From the NCBI RefSeq assembly GCF_000025685.1, contig NC_013966.1:570001-602000 (forward strand): DNA of 32,000 bases, read 5' to 3'. Under the pieces are notes generated by a model. The model did not search any database. It was not told the DNA's origin and worked only from the letters and a program-made list of their open reading frames with translations. Shown one piece after another: positions 1 to 8,169 of this stretch (the first letter of the stretch is position 1; each line of letters opens with the position of its first letter). Source of the DNA: Haloferax volcanii DS2. GTDB lineage: Archaea > Halobacteriota > Halobacteria > Halobacteriales > Haloferacaceae. The translations under genes and the position numbers were made by a program.

Positions 1-803
1 CGCTCCTCTCTGACCTGTTCGTCGAACGCCGCGGCCGGGCGCTCGGCCTCTACGCCGCCGGTACCGACCTCGGCGGCCTCGTCTCCTCGGGGCTCGCCAT
101 CCTCGCGTTGACCTACGCGACGTGGCGGACGCCGTTCCTGCCGGTCGCCGTCGTCCTCGCGGGACTCACCGTCCTCTACGCGCTCTGGTCGAGAGACGGC
201 TACGCCGTGGGGTCGCCCGAACTCCACGTTTCGGGGACGCTCCGACGCCTCTTCGCCAGCGCGGAACAGCGCCGGACGCTCCTCGCGTTCGGGCTGTTTT
301 ACTTCATGGTCGGCGGCTTCATCAACTTCTTTCCGACCTACCTCATCGAGGCGAAGGGGTTCGACCAGCAGTTGGCGAGCGCGACGTTCGCCATCGTCTT
401 CGCCGTCGGCATCACCATCAAACCCGTCGCCGGCGGCCTGAGCGACCGGTTCCGACGCGAATCAATCGCCGTCGTCGGGATGCTCGCGGCCGCGGGTGCA
501 CTCGCCGTCCTCTCGGCCGTGGAGGCTCGCCCGCTCATCTACGTCTCCGTCGTCGCGCTCGCGGCCGGCTACAAGACGGAGTTCCCGCTCGCGGACGCCA
601 TCATCATGGACAACGCGCCCGACGCCGACCGCGGGGCCGACCTCGGGGCCGCGCGGGCGCTGTTCCTCGGCGCGAACGCGCTGGGGCCGGCCTACGTCGG
701 CATCGTCGCCACCTACGCGAGCTACGTCGCCGCGTTCGCGGGACTCGCGGTCTGTCTCGTCGTCTCCGCCGGGCTGCTCTACTGGGACGCGCGCAAGCGG
801 TGA
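1..803 (+). CDS. MFS-type transporter, C-terminal part (5' end lies outside the window)
   Basis: The reading frame is open to the window edge: frame 3 reads ...LLSDLFVERRGRALGLYAAGTDLGG... ahead of the tracked TTG at 108. There are several hydrophobic helices and an MFS-like loop motif (D-x-x-x-E-R-R-G-R). The stop is at 801-803. Confidence 0.7.
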   Translation, partial: LLSDLFVERRGRALGLYAAGTDLGGLVSSGLAILALTYATWRTPFLPVAVVLAGLTVLYALWSRDGYAVGSPELHVSGTLRRLFASAEQRRTLLAFGLFYFMVGGFINFFPTYLIEAKGFDQQLASATFAIVFAVGITIKPVAGGLSDRFRRESIAVVGMLAAAGALAVLSAVEARPLIYVSVVALAAGYKTEFPLADAIIMDNAPDADRGADLGAARALFLGANALGPAYVGIVATYASYVAAFAGLAVCLVVSAGLLYWDARKR

Positions 804-869
804 GCGGTCGTTCGGTGCGTCGAGTGCTTCGGGTGCGCGGAAGCCGTACAACGTGAGCCGAGTGCCCGC

Positions 870-1400
870 TCAGCCGTCGAGTTTCGCCTTCGTGTAGGCT
901 TTCAGTCCTCCCTGTTCGACGAGCGACTGGAGGAACTCGGGGAGCGCCTCCGCCTCGTAGGTTTCGTCTCGCGTGTGGTTCGTCACGACGCCCGCGTCGA
1001 GGTCGACGTGAATCTCGTCGTCGTCCTCGATGACGTCCGCGCCGGGGCAGATGAGCACCGGCAGGCCGAGGTTGATGGCGTTGCGGAAGAAGATGCGCGC
1101 GAACGACTGCGCGACGACCGCCGAGACGCCCGCGCCGACGAGCGACAGCGGCGAGTGCTCCCGCGACGACCCGCTGCCGAAGTTCTCGCCGGCGACGACG
1201 AAGTCACCGGGTTCGACCGACTCGGAGAACTCGGGTCTGAGGTCCTCGAAGGCGTGGGTGGCGAGTTCGTCGGGGTCCGACGAGACGATGAATCGCGACG
1301 GCGTTATCTGGTCGGTGTCGATGTTGTCGCCGAAGACCCACGCGCGACCGGGTTCGGCGGGGTCCGGGCGGCCGCCGTCGCCGGCGAACGCGTCCGTCAT
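870..1400 (-). CDS. Aconitase-family hydro-lyase small subunit (LeuD-like, archaeal short type)
   Basis: 176 aa. It has the swivel-domain motif GENFGSGSSREHSP and a 4-nt ATGA overlap (1397-1400) with the upstream large subunit. The substrate is not inferable. Confidence 0.85.
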   Translation of the reverse strand: MTDAFAGDGGRPDPAEPGRAWVFGDNIDTDQITPSRFIVSSDPDELATHAFEDLRPEFSESVEPGDFVVAGENFGSGSSREHSPLSLVGAGVSAVVAQSFARIFFRNAINLGLPVLICPGADVIEDDDEIHVDLDAGVVTNHTRDETYEAEALPEFLQSLVEQGGLKAYTKAKLDG

Positions 1401-2710
1401 GGCAGCACCTCCGCGAAGACCGTGTCGTCGTAGCGTTTCGTCTCGACCTCGCGGGGGTCCGTGATTTCGCCGTACAGCGCGCTCGCGCCGACGGTCGCCG
1501 GACTCGACAGGTAGACCGACGACTCCATCGACCCCTCGCGGCCGGGGAAGTTCCGGTTCGCCGTGGCGAGACAGACGTCGCCGTCGCCGAGGACGCCCTG
1601 ATGGTAGCCCGCACAGGGGCCACAGCCGGCGCTCTGGATGACCGCGCCGGCGTCGGTGAGCGTCTGGAAGACGCCCGTCTGGAGCATGTGCTGGTAGACG
1701 GACTTCGAGGCGGGGACGACGACCAGCCGGACGTTCGGGGCGATGGTCTCGCCTTCGAGGATGTCAGCGACGACCTTGATGTCCTCGTACCGGCCGTTCG
1801 TGCAGGTGCCGACGAACAGCTGGTCGATTTCGGTGCCCGCGACCTCGGTCACGTCGACCGCGTTCTCGGGGTTCGACGGCTTCGAGACCTGCGGGGCGAG
1901 GGCGGCCGCGTCGTAGCTGTGGACCGCCTCGTAGTCGGCGTCGTCGTCGGAGACGAACGCGTCCCCGAGGTCGATTTCGTTCCCGGTCTGGCGTTCGAGG
2001 TACGACTCGGTGCGCTCGTCGGGCGCGACGAGGCCCGTCTTGCCGCCCATCTCGATTGCCATGTTCGACAGGACGAGGCGCTCGTGAATCGGGAGCGACT
2101 CGATGGTACTCCCGGCGTACTCGGCGGCCATGTAGGTACAGCCGTCGAAGCCCACGTCACCGATGAACCGAAGGATGAGGTCCTTCGCGTAGACGCCGTC
2201 TCCGAGGTCGCCGTCGACCTCGAAGCGGAGCGTCTTCGGGACGCGGAACCAGAGTTCGCCCGTCGCGAGCGCGGTCCCGAGGTCGGTCGAGCCGACGCCG
2301 GTCCCGAACGCGCCGATGCCGCCGTAGGTCGTCGAGTGGGAGTCCGCGCCGATGACGAGGTCGCCGGGGCCGACGAAGCCCTCCTCGACGAGGACGGCGT
2401 GGCAGATGCCGTCGCCCACGTCGAACTGGTGTGCGCCGTGTTTCGCCGCGAACTCGCGGACGGCGTTGTGGTTGTTCGCGGCCTGCACCCCGTCTGCGGG
2501 GGCGTGGTGGTCGATGGTGAAGACGGTGCGGTCGGGCGCGAACAGCTCGCCGTCGTCGCCCGTCACCTCGTCGAACGTCTGGAACGCGAGCGGCCCGGTG
2601 ATGTCGTGGGCCATCGCCACGTCCACGTCGGCCTCGACGTAGTCGCCGGCGCGGGCGTCGGTGCCCGATTTCTCCGACAGCAGCTTCTCCGCGAGGGTCT
2701 TGCCGGCCAT
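1397..2710 (-). CDS. Aconitase-family hydro-lyase large subunit (LeuC-like, 4Fe-4S)
   Basis: 437 aa. Motifs seen are GADSHSTTYG, VGTCTNGR and SAGCGPCAG, which supply the three Cys cluster ligands. It lies 1 nt downstream of the HMGL-like gene. Confidence 0.85.
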   Translation of the reverse strand: MAGKTLAEKLLSEKSGTDARAGDYVEADVDVAMAHDITGPLAFQTFDEVTGDDGELFAPDRTVFTIDHHAPADGVQAANNHNAVREFAAKHGAHQFDVGDGICHAVLVEEGFVGPGDLVIGADSHSTTYGGIGAFGTGVGSTDLGTALATGELWFRVPKTLRFEVDGDLGDGVYAKDLILRFIGDVGFDGCTYMAAEYAGSTIESLPIHERLVLSNMAIEMGGKTGLVAPDERTESYLERQTGNEIDLGDAFVSDDDADYEAVHSYDAAALAPQVSKPSNPENAVDVTEVAGTEIDQLFVGTCTNGRYEDIKVVADILEGETIAPNVRLVVVPASKSVYQHMLQTGVFQTLTDAGAVIQSAGCGPCAGYHQGVLGDGDVCLATANRNFPGREGSMESSVYLSSPATVGASALYGEITDPREVETKRYDDTVFAEVLP

Positions 2711-2711
2711 C

Positions 2712-3671
2712 TCAGTCCGCCTCCCCGTCGGCCGCGACGGTGTCGAGGACGCCCTCGACGGTGCCGCCCGCGAGGACGTGACTCGTCAGGCCGAGGCCCA
2801 GTCGGTCGGACACGTCGTGGGCGGCCGCCTCGATGCGGCCGAAATCGACCCCGTGACCGACGCCCATGCGTTCGAGCATCTGGACGAGGTCCTCGGTCGG
2901 CGTGTTGCCGACGCCGGACATGTCGCCGGGGAGGACGACGCCGCCGCCGAGGCCGCAGACCGAGGCGTCGAAGCGGTCGACGCCGACGGCCATCGCGGCC
3001 AGCGTGTTGGCGAGGCTCATCCCGTTCGTGTCGTGGAGATGCAGGCCCATGTCGAGGCCGGGGTGGGCTTCGAACGCGGCGGTGAACCGCTCCGTGATTT
3101 CGACGGGGTTGGCGAGGCCCATCGTCGTCGCCAGCGTCACCTCGTCGACGCCGGAGTCGACGACGCTGTCGACGACCGCGAGCGTCTCCGCGGGGTCGAT
3201 TGCGCCCTCGTAGGGGCAGTAGAAGCTCGTTCCCATCCCGGCTTCGACCTCGATGCCGTGGTCGTGGGCGAGGTCGACGATGTCGTCCATCTCCGCGAGC
3301 ACCTCCTCGCGGGTGCGGTTCTGGTTTTTGCTCGTGTAGGTCTCGCTCACCGTGACGAGCGCGTTCACCTTGTCCACCTCGGCCTCGACGGCGCGCTCCA
3401 TGCCCCGGAGGTTGGGGACGAGCGCCCGGTAGGTCACGCCGTCGCGGCGGGTGATTCGCGTCGCCACCTCGTCGGCGTCCCGCAGGGTCGGGACGGCCTT
3501 CGGGTGGGTGAACGACGAGAGCTCGATTTCGTCCACGCCGGTGTCCGAGAGGGCGTCGATTATCTCGACTTTCTCGTCGGTCGGGACGAACTCGTCGAGG
3601 CGCTGGAACCCGTCGCGAGGCAGCATCTCGACGACGTGGACGCGCTCCGGAAGCGAGTCGAGGAGGCTCAT
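2712..3671 (-). CDS. HMG-CoA-lyase-like (DRE-TIM metallolyase) acyl-CoA lyase
   Basis: 319 aa. The N-terminus reads VEMLPRDGFQ (compare the RDG(L/F)Q motif of HMG-CoA lyases), and a metal-binding GLHLHDTNG motif is present. An ATGA overlap (3668-3671) links it to the CoA-transferase gene. Confidence 0.8.
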   Translation of the reverse strand: MSLLDSLPERVHVVEMLPRDGFQRLDEFVPTDEKVEIIDALSDTGVDEIELSSFTHPKAVPTLRDADEVATRITRRDGVTYRALVPNLRGMERAVEAEVDKVNALVTVSETYTSKNQNRTREEVLAEMDDIVDLAHDHGIEVEAGMGTSFYCPYEGAIDPAETLAVVDSVVDSGVDEVTLATTMGLANPVEITERFTAAFEAHPGLDMGLHLHDTNGMSLANTLAAMAVGVDRFDASVCGLGGGVVLPGDMSGVGNTPTEDLVQMLERMGVGHGVDFGRIEAAAHDVSDRLGLGLTSHVLAGGTVEGVLDTVAADGEAD

Positions 3672-4873
3672 ATCACGTCCTCCGCTTCGAGGTCCGAAAG
3701 CACCGACTCGTCGTAGCCGAGTCGGTCGCGGTAGACCGCGTCGTTGTGTTCACCGAGCGACGGCCCGAGGTGGTCGACCCGCCCCGGCGTCTCCGAGAAC
3801 TTCGGGAAGGCGTTCTGGACGACCGCCTCGCCGAGGTCCGGGTCGTCGACCGTCAGGAACGCCTCGCGCGCCGCGTAGTGTTCGTCGTTGAGGATGTCCT
3901 CGACGTTGTAGACGGGCGCGAGCGTCGCGTCGGCCGCCTCGAACGCGTCGAGCACCTCCTCGCGGCTGTGGTCGTCCATCCAGTCTTGGATGATGGCGTC
4001 GAGTTCGTCGACGTGTTCCAGTCGGTCCTCGTTGGTCTCGAACCGCGGGTCGTCCTTCAGGTCGGGGCGGCCGATGGCGTCGAAGGTCCGTTCTGCGAGC
4101 GGTTGGGCGCTCGCGGAGATGGCGACCCAGCGGTCGTCGCCCGTCCGGTAGACGTTCCGCGGAGCCGACGAGGTCGAGCGGTTGCCCGACCGCGACTCGA
4201 TTGCACCGAGTTGGTCGTAGCGGAGCGGTTGCGGCCCGAGCAGGCCGAAGATGGGTTCGATGAGGCTCGTGTCGATGTACTGGCCGCCGCCGCCGTGGAC
4301 GTCGCGGTGGTAGAGCGCGAACATCACCGCGAACGTCGAGAACAGCGCCGCGATGTTGTCTGCGAGGCCGGTCGGCGGGAGCAACGGGGGCGAGTCGGGG
4401 AAGCCGTTGAGGTAGGCGAAGCCGGACATGGCCTCCGCGAGCGTCCCGAATCCGGGGCGCTCGGAATACGGGCCGGTCTGGCCGAAGCCGGACAGCCGGA
4501 GCATCACGAGGTCGTCGTTGACCTCGGAGAGGCGCTCCCAGCCGACGTTCCAGCGTTCGAGCGTGCCGGGTCGGAAGTTCTCGATGAGGAGGTCGGCCTC
4601 GCCCACGAGGTCCTCGAACACCGCCGCGCCCTCGTCGGTGGAGATGTTCAGGGTGATAGACTGCTTGTTCCGCGAGAGGTACTTGTGCCAGAGGCCGACG
4701 CCGTCTTTCTGTGGACCGAAGCGGCGGATGTGGTCACCGAACGCCGGGTGTTCGATTTTGATGACCGTCGCCCCGAAGTCGGCCATGAAGCGGCCGACGG
4801 TCGGGCCGGATATCATCGACCCGGCTTCGAGGACGACGAGGCCGTCGAGTGGTCCGTTCGTGTCGTTCGTCAT
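3668..4873 (-). CDS. Class III (CaiB/BaiF family) CoA-transferase
   Basis: 401 aa. The N-terminus LDGLVVLEAGSMISGPTVGRFMADFGATVIKIEHP is typical of the family, and the length fits. Confidence 0.85.
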   Translation of the reverse strand: MTNDTNGPLDGLVVLEAGSMISGPTVGRFMADFGATVIKIEHPAFGDHIRRFGPQKDGVGLWHKYLSRNKQSITLNISTDEGAAVFEDLVGEADLLIENFRPGTLERWNVGWERLSEVNDDLVMLRLSGFGQTGPYSERPGFGTLAEAMSGFAYLNGFPDSPPLLPPTGLADNIAALFSTFAVMFALYHRDVHGGGGQYIDTSLIEPIFGLLGPQPLRYDQLGAIESRSGNRSTSSAPRNVYRTGDDRWVAISASAQPLAERTFDAIGRPDLKDDPRFETNEDRLEHVDELDAIIQDWMDDHSREEVLDAFEAADATLAPVYNVEDILNDEHYAAREAFLTVDDPDLGEAVVQNAFPKFSETPGRVDHLGPSLGEHNDAVYRDRLGYDESVLSDLEAEDVI

Positions 4874-4982
4874 GTCGTGTGTGTCTTCTCGTTCTGTGTC
4901 GCGTGTGGTGGTCGTCTGGTGGTGCGTGTTCGCGTCCGCGTGCCCGGTCGCGTGTGGTGGTCGTCGGTGTGCCCGGTTCCGC
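4863..4982. other. 120-nt stretch with no A on the + strand (no U in the minus-strand mRNA), immediately upstream of the CoA-transferase start codon
   Basis: Reading base by base, the last A is at 4862 (the cAt of the start codon complement) and the next A is at 4983. Confidence 0.9.
4889..4955. repeat. Perfect 18-nt direct repeat TCGCGTGTGGTGGTCGTC (4889-4906 and 4938-4955)
   Basis: Read directly. A 9-nt repeat GTGCCCGGT also occurs at 4930-4938 and 4959-4967, and tandem units GGTCGAGTC/GGTCGAGCC occur at 5009-5026. Confidence 0.9.
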
Positions 4983-5068
4983 GTGGCCGGTCAGTCCGGG
5001 TCGTCGGTGGGGTAGGTCGGTCGAGTCGGTCGAGCCGGTCGGATGGTGGCTCCGGCCGTCCGACGGGG

Positions 5069-6469
5069 TCACACCGGCCGGTCGATGTGGGTTCCGTACC
5101 CTTTCGTGCCGACGATGTCGCCGTCGTCGTAGGCGAGTTCGCCCTTCACGACGGTCTGAGTCGGCCAGCCGGTGACTGCTCGGCCCTCGTAGGGGGAGTA
5201 GCCGCTGACGCTGTGTAACAGTTCCGGCGTGACCGTCTTCGTCTCGTCGAGGTCGACGACGGCGAGGTCGGCGTCGCTGCCGACCCTGACGGTTCCCTTC
5301 CTCGGGTAGAGATTGAACGCCTTCGCCGCGTTGGTGCTCGTCACCTCGACGGCGCGTTCGAGCGAGATGCGGCCCTCGTTGACGCCCTCCGAGAGGATGA
5401 GCGGGAGCATCACGGGCGTCGAGGGGAACCCGAGCAGGCTGTCGCGGATGCCCTCGCCGAACTTGTTCTCCGCGAGGTTGGCGCAGTGGTCGGTGCCGAT
5501 AGTCGAGACGGTGCCGTCGGCGAGGCGCTCCCAGAGCGTCTCTTGGTCGGCTTTCGACCGAACCGGCGGGTTGACTTTCATGCGCTCGTCGCACTCCTCG
5601 GTGGTGAGCGCGAGGTAGTGGATACACGTCTCGCCCCACGCCCGGTAGCCCGCGTCGTGGAGCGCGGCGAGTTCGTCGGCCGTCTCCCCGGCGGAGATAT
5701 GGACCGCGTAGAAGCGGTCGTCGTAGCCGTGGACCTTGGCGAGCGCGGCCCCGGCGACCATGCTCTGGGTCTCGGCGTAGCCGGGGAACTCCTCGACCAT
5801 CACCTCGTAGCCCTCGTCGGCGTCGGCGTCGGTGTCGTCGGACTCGGAGGTGACGTAGACGTTGCCGCCGGCGAGCGCGTTCGTGATTTCGACGTTCTCG
5901 GAGTGGTAGCCGAGCGTCGTCGGCACGTCCTGTTCGGCGAGTTTCCGCACGAAGGCGTCGCCGAAGTCGTCGTGCATGTCGCAGTCGACGCCGAACTTCT
6001 CGCGGGCGGCGTCCTTATAGTTCATGTACCACTTGAACGTCGTGATGCCGAACTCCTCGATGATGGCGGGAATCTCCTCGACGTGTTCCATCGAGAGCAG
6101 GCCGAGCGAGAAGAAGTAATCGTGGTAGTAGTTCGGCTCCGCCTCGTCGAAGTAGCCCGGCATGATGTCCTCGTAGGCCCCCGCCCGGCGGAAGTAGTTC
6201 CCGATGGTGGTCACGCCGCCGACGAGGTCGGACTTGGACTCGGACTCGGCGTCCGCCTCCAGTCCGCGGTAGATGCCGTGGTGGGTGTGCGGGTCGATCG
6301 CGCCCGGCAGCACGTGCTTGCCCGTCGCGTCGATTTCCGTCTCGCCCGAGAGCGTGCCGGGCGCGGCGACGGCGGAGATTGTCTCGCCGTCGGCCGCCAC
6401 GTCGGCCGCGAAGCTGCCGTGTTCGGGCGTGACGACGGTGCCGTTCGAGATGACGAGGTCGTGGGTCAT
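5069..6469 (-). CDS. Cyclic amidohydrolase (dihydropyrimidinase/hydantoinase family)
   Basis: I chose the internal ATG at 6469 (MTHDLVISNGTVV...). The 189-aa Arg/Pro-rich N-terminal extension in the track overlaps the upstream gene and looks non-coding. Motifs seen are AIDPHTHHG (HxH), FKWYMNY (candidate carbamylated Lys), YHSEN, VHISAGE and IGTDHCA. An ATGA overlap (6466-6469) links it to the isochorismatase-like gene. Confidence 0.85.
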   Translation of the reverse strand: MTHDLVISNGTVVTPEHGSFAADVAADGETISAVAAPGTLSGETEIDATGKHVLPGAIDPHTHHGIYRGLEADAESESKSDLVGGVTTIGNYFRRAGAYEDIMPGYFDEAEPNYYHDYFFSLGLLSMEHVEEIPAIIEEFGITTFKWYMNYKDAAREKFGVDCDMHDDFGDAFVRKLAEQDVPTTLGYHSENVEITNALAGGNVYVTSESDDTDADADEGYEVMVEEFPGYAETQSMVAGAALAKVHGYDDRFYAVHISAGETADELAALHDAGYRAWGETCIHYLALTTEECDERMKVNPPVRSKADQETLWERLADGTVSTIGTDHCANLAENKFGEGIRDSLLGFPSTPVMLPLILSEGVNEGRISLERAVEVTSTNAAKAFNLYPRKGTVRVGSDADLAVVDLDETKTVTPELLHSVSGYSPYEGRAVTGWPTQTVVKGELAYDDGDIVGTKGYGTHIDRPV

Positions 6470-7125
6470 AGCGTCTCGACCCACTCTTCGACCGCCTCGG
6501 TCTCGAGCACCTCGGCGTACTTCATCCACAGGTCGAGGAGGCCAATCTTGTGCGACGCCTCGATGCGGTCGAAGATGCACTCCTGCGGCAGGACGACGCT
6601 GAAGCCGTTCTGCTTGGCGTCGACCGCGGTGGCCCGGACGCACCCGCTCGTGGAGTTGCCGACGATGATGACCGAGTCGTGGCCGCCGCGGACGAGCCGC
6701 GAGAGCAGGTCGGTCCCGTAGAACGCCGACGCGTAGGATTTGTCGACGACGGCGTCGCCCTCCTCGGGCGCGACCGGGTCGACGATGTCGAGGTCGGGGT
6801 GGTCGGGGTCGTCGTAGCTCGACGGGACGACCCGCGTGTACGTCACCGGAAGCCCCTGCTCCCGCGCGAAGTCGAGGAACGGGTCGATGTGCTCGATGGC
6901 GTCCCACGCGATGTCGCCCATCGCGGTGCGATACTCCTCGACGGCGTCGAGGATGGGGGCGTTCTCGCCGACGATGAGCCGCTGCATGTCGATGACGAGA
7001 ACCATCGGGTTCTCGCCCATGCCGCGGGACTCCCACGACGAGGCGCCCTCCTTGTCGTAACCAGCCTTCGTGATGACCTGTTTATCCTGTTCGGATAGCA
7101 GGTCCTCCCAGATACGGTCTGTCAT
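6466..7125 (-). CDS. Isochorismatase-like cysteine hydrolase (amidase type)
   Basis: Catalytic Asp-Lys-Cys candidates are VLVIDMQ, VVDKSYASAF and VGNSTSGCVRATA. The ATG at 7125 is preferred over 7161, because 7161 sits inside the TATA-like box. Confidence 0.85.
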   Translation of the reverse strand: MTDRIWEDLLSEQDKQVITKAGYDKEGASSWESRGMGENPMVLVIDMQRLIVGENAPILDAVEEYRTAMGDIAWDAIEHIDPFLDFAREQGLPVTYTRVVPSSYDDPDHPDLDIVDPVAPEEGDAVVDKSYASAFYGTDLLSRLVRGGHDSVIIVGNSTSGCVRATAVDAKQNGFSVVLPQECIFDRIEASHKIGLLDLWMKYAEVLETEAVEEWVETL

Positions 7126-7158
7126 GACTCGCTTCGCCTGAGATGCGGTGGCATCCAG

Positions 7159-7166
7159 CATAAAAG
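7159..7166 (-). promoter_or_regulatory. TATA-like box (CTTTTATG read on the minus strand), about 35-40 nt upstream of ATG 7125
   Basis: This is the only AT-rich element in the 66-nt gap between the LLM gene stop (7192) and the isochorismatase-like start. Its position implies a transcript with a short leader. Confidence 0.4.
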
Positions 7167-7191
7167 TACGGCACGGTCCGCCGGCGTCATG

Positions 7192-8169
7192 TTACGGGGC
7201 GAACACCTCCAGCGTCCGCGCCACCCACTCGCGGTCGACGCCGGCGGGCGCGCGGACGACCGGGAGGTCGACGCCCATCTCGCGGAGTTCGACGAGTCGC
7301 CCCCGCACGTCGTCGGGCGTGCCGACCAGCGCCACGAGGTCGAGGAACTCCGCCGAGAGTTCGCGCGCCCCGGCCTCGGTCGTCGGCGCGGCGCGGACCG
7401 CCTCGACCTCGTCGGCAAAGCCGGCCTGCTCGGCCGCGCGGTCGTAGTAGCCCGGCACGTCCCGCAGGTAGTAGGCGACGTGTTCGGCCGCCGCCCGCCG
7501 CGCCTCGTCGGGGTCGTCGTGGACGGCCGTGAGGACGTACATCGCCACGTCCACGTCGCTCGGGTCGCGCCCGGCGCGGGCGGCCCCGGTGTCGAGCCAT
7601 TCCAGCGCCGCCTCGAACTGCGGTCGGGGATAGAGGTTCGGGAGCCAGCCGTCGGCGACCTGCCCGGTGAGTCGGACGTTCGCCGGGCCGAGCGCGCCGT
7701 TGTAGACGGGTATCTCCTCGCGGACGGGGTCGAAGGCGTCCCAGAAGCTCGTGCGCTCGGGCGAGAAGAACTCCCCGTCGAAGGAGTCGGCGTTGCCGCG
7801 GAGGTAGCGCCGGACGAGTTCGACGTACTCGTGGAGGCGCGACAGCGGGCGGTCGAAGGGGACACCGTGGAACGCCTCGACGACGCCGGGGTGGGCGACG
7901 CCGAGGCCGAGAATCGCGCGCCCGTCGGAGTGGTCGTCGAGCGTCGCCGCGGCCGCCGCGAGCGCCGCGGGCGTCCGCGAGAACACGTTGACGATGCCCG
8001 TCGCAAGGCCGATTTCCTCGGTGTGGACGGCCCAGCGTTCGAGTTTTCCGAAGGCGGTCTTGCCCTGTCCCTCGGCGGCCCACGCCGACTCGTAGCCGAG
8101 TTCCTCGGCGCGCACGACGAGCGAGGGGTCGTCGCGAAGCGCGAACAGAACCGCGGTTCGGTCGCTCAT
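7192..8169 (-). CDS. Luciferase-like (LLM class) flavin/F420-dependent oxidoreductase
   Basis: I chose the ATG at 8169 (MSDRTAVLFALRDDPSLVVRAEELGYESAWAAEGQG...), giving about 325 aa, typical for the LLM family. The track's upstream extension is Arg-rich and overlaps the neighbouring gene. An ATGA overlap (8166-8169) links it to the NTF2-like gene. Confidence 0.8.
   Translation of the reverse strand: MSDRTAVLFALRDDPSLVVRAEELGYESAWAAEGQGKTAFGKLERWAVHTEEIGLATGIVNVFSRTPAALAAAAATLDDHSDGRAILGLGVAHPGVVEAFHGVPFDRPLSRLHEYVELVRRYLRGNADSFDGEFFSPERTSFWDAFDPVREEIPVYNGALGPANVRLTGQVADGWLPNLYPRPQFEAALEWLDTGAARAGRDPSDVDVAMYVLTAVHDDPDEARRAAAEHVAYYLRDVPGYYDRAAEQAGFADEVEAVRAAPTTEAGARELSAEFLDLVALVGTPDDVRGRLVELREMGVDLPVVRAPAGVDREWVARTLEVFAP

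Noticed and set aside
801-872. An inverted repeat TGAGCGG/CCGCTCA that includes the two convergent stop codons (MFS and LeuD-like), considered as a bidirectional terminator.
   Set aside because: The arms are only 7 bp with a loop of about 55 nt and no T-run, which is too weak to call.
6470-7036. The N-terminal 189-aa extension of the hydantoinase ORF (tracked 5069-7036), and similarly the 145-aa extension of the LLM ORF (tracked 7192-8604).
   Set aside because: The extensions are Arg/Pro-rich and lie entirely inside the upstream genes. The internal ATGs at 6469 and 8169 give canonical family N-termini and ATGA stop/start overlaps.
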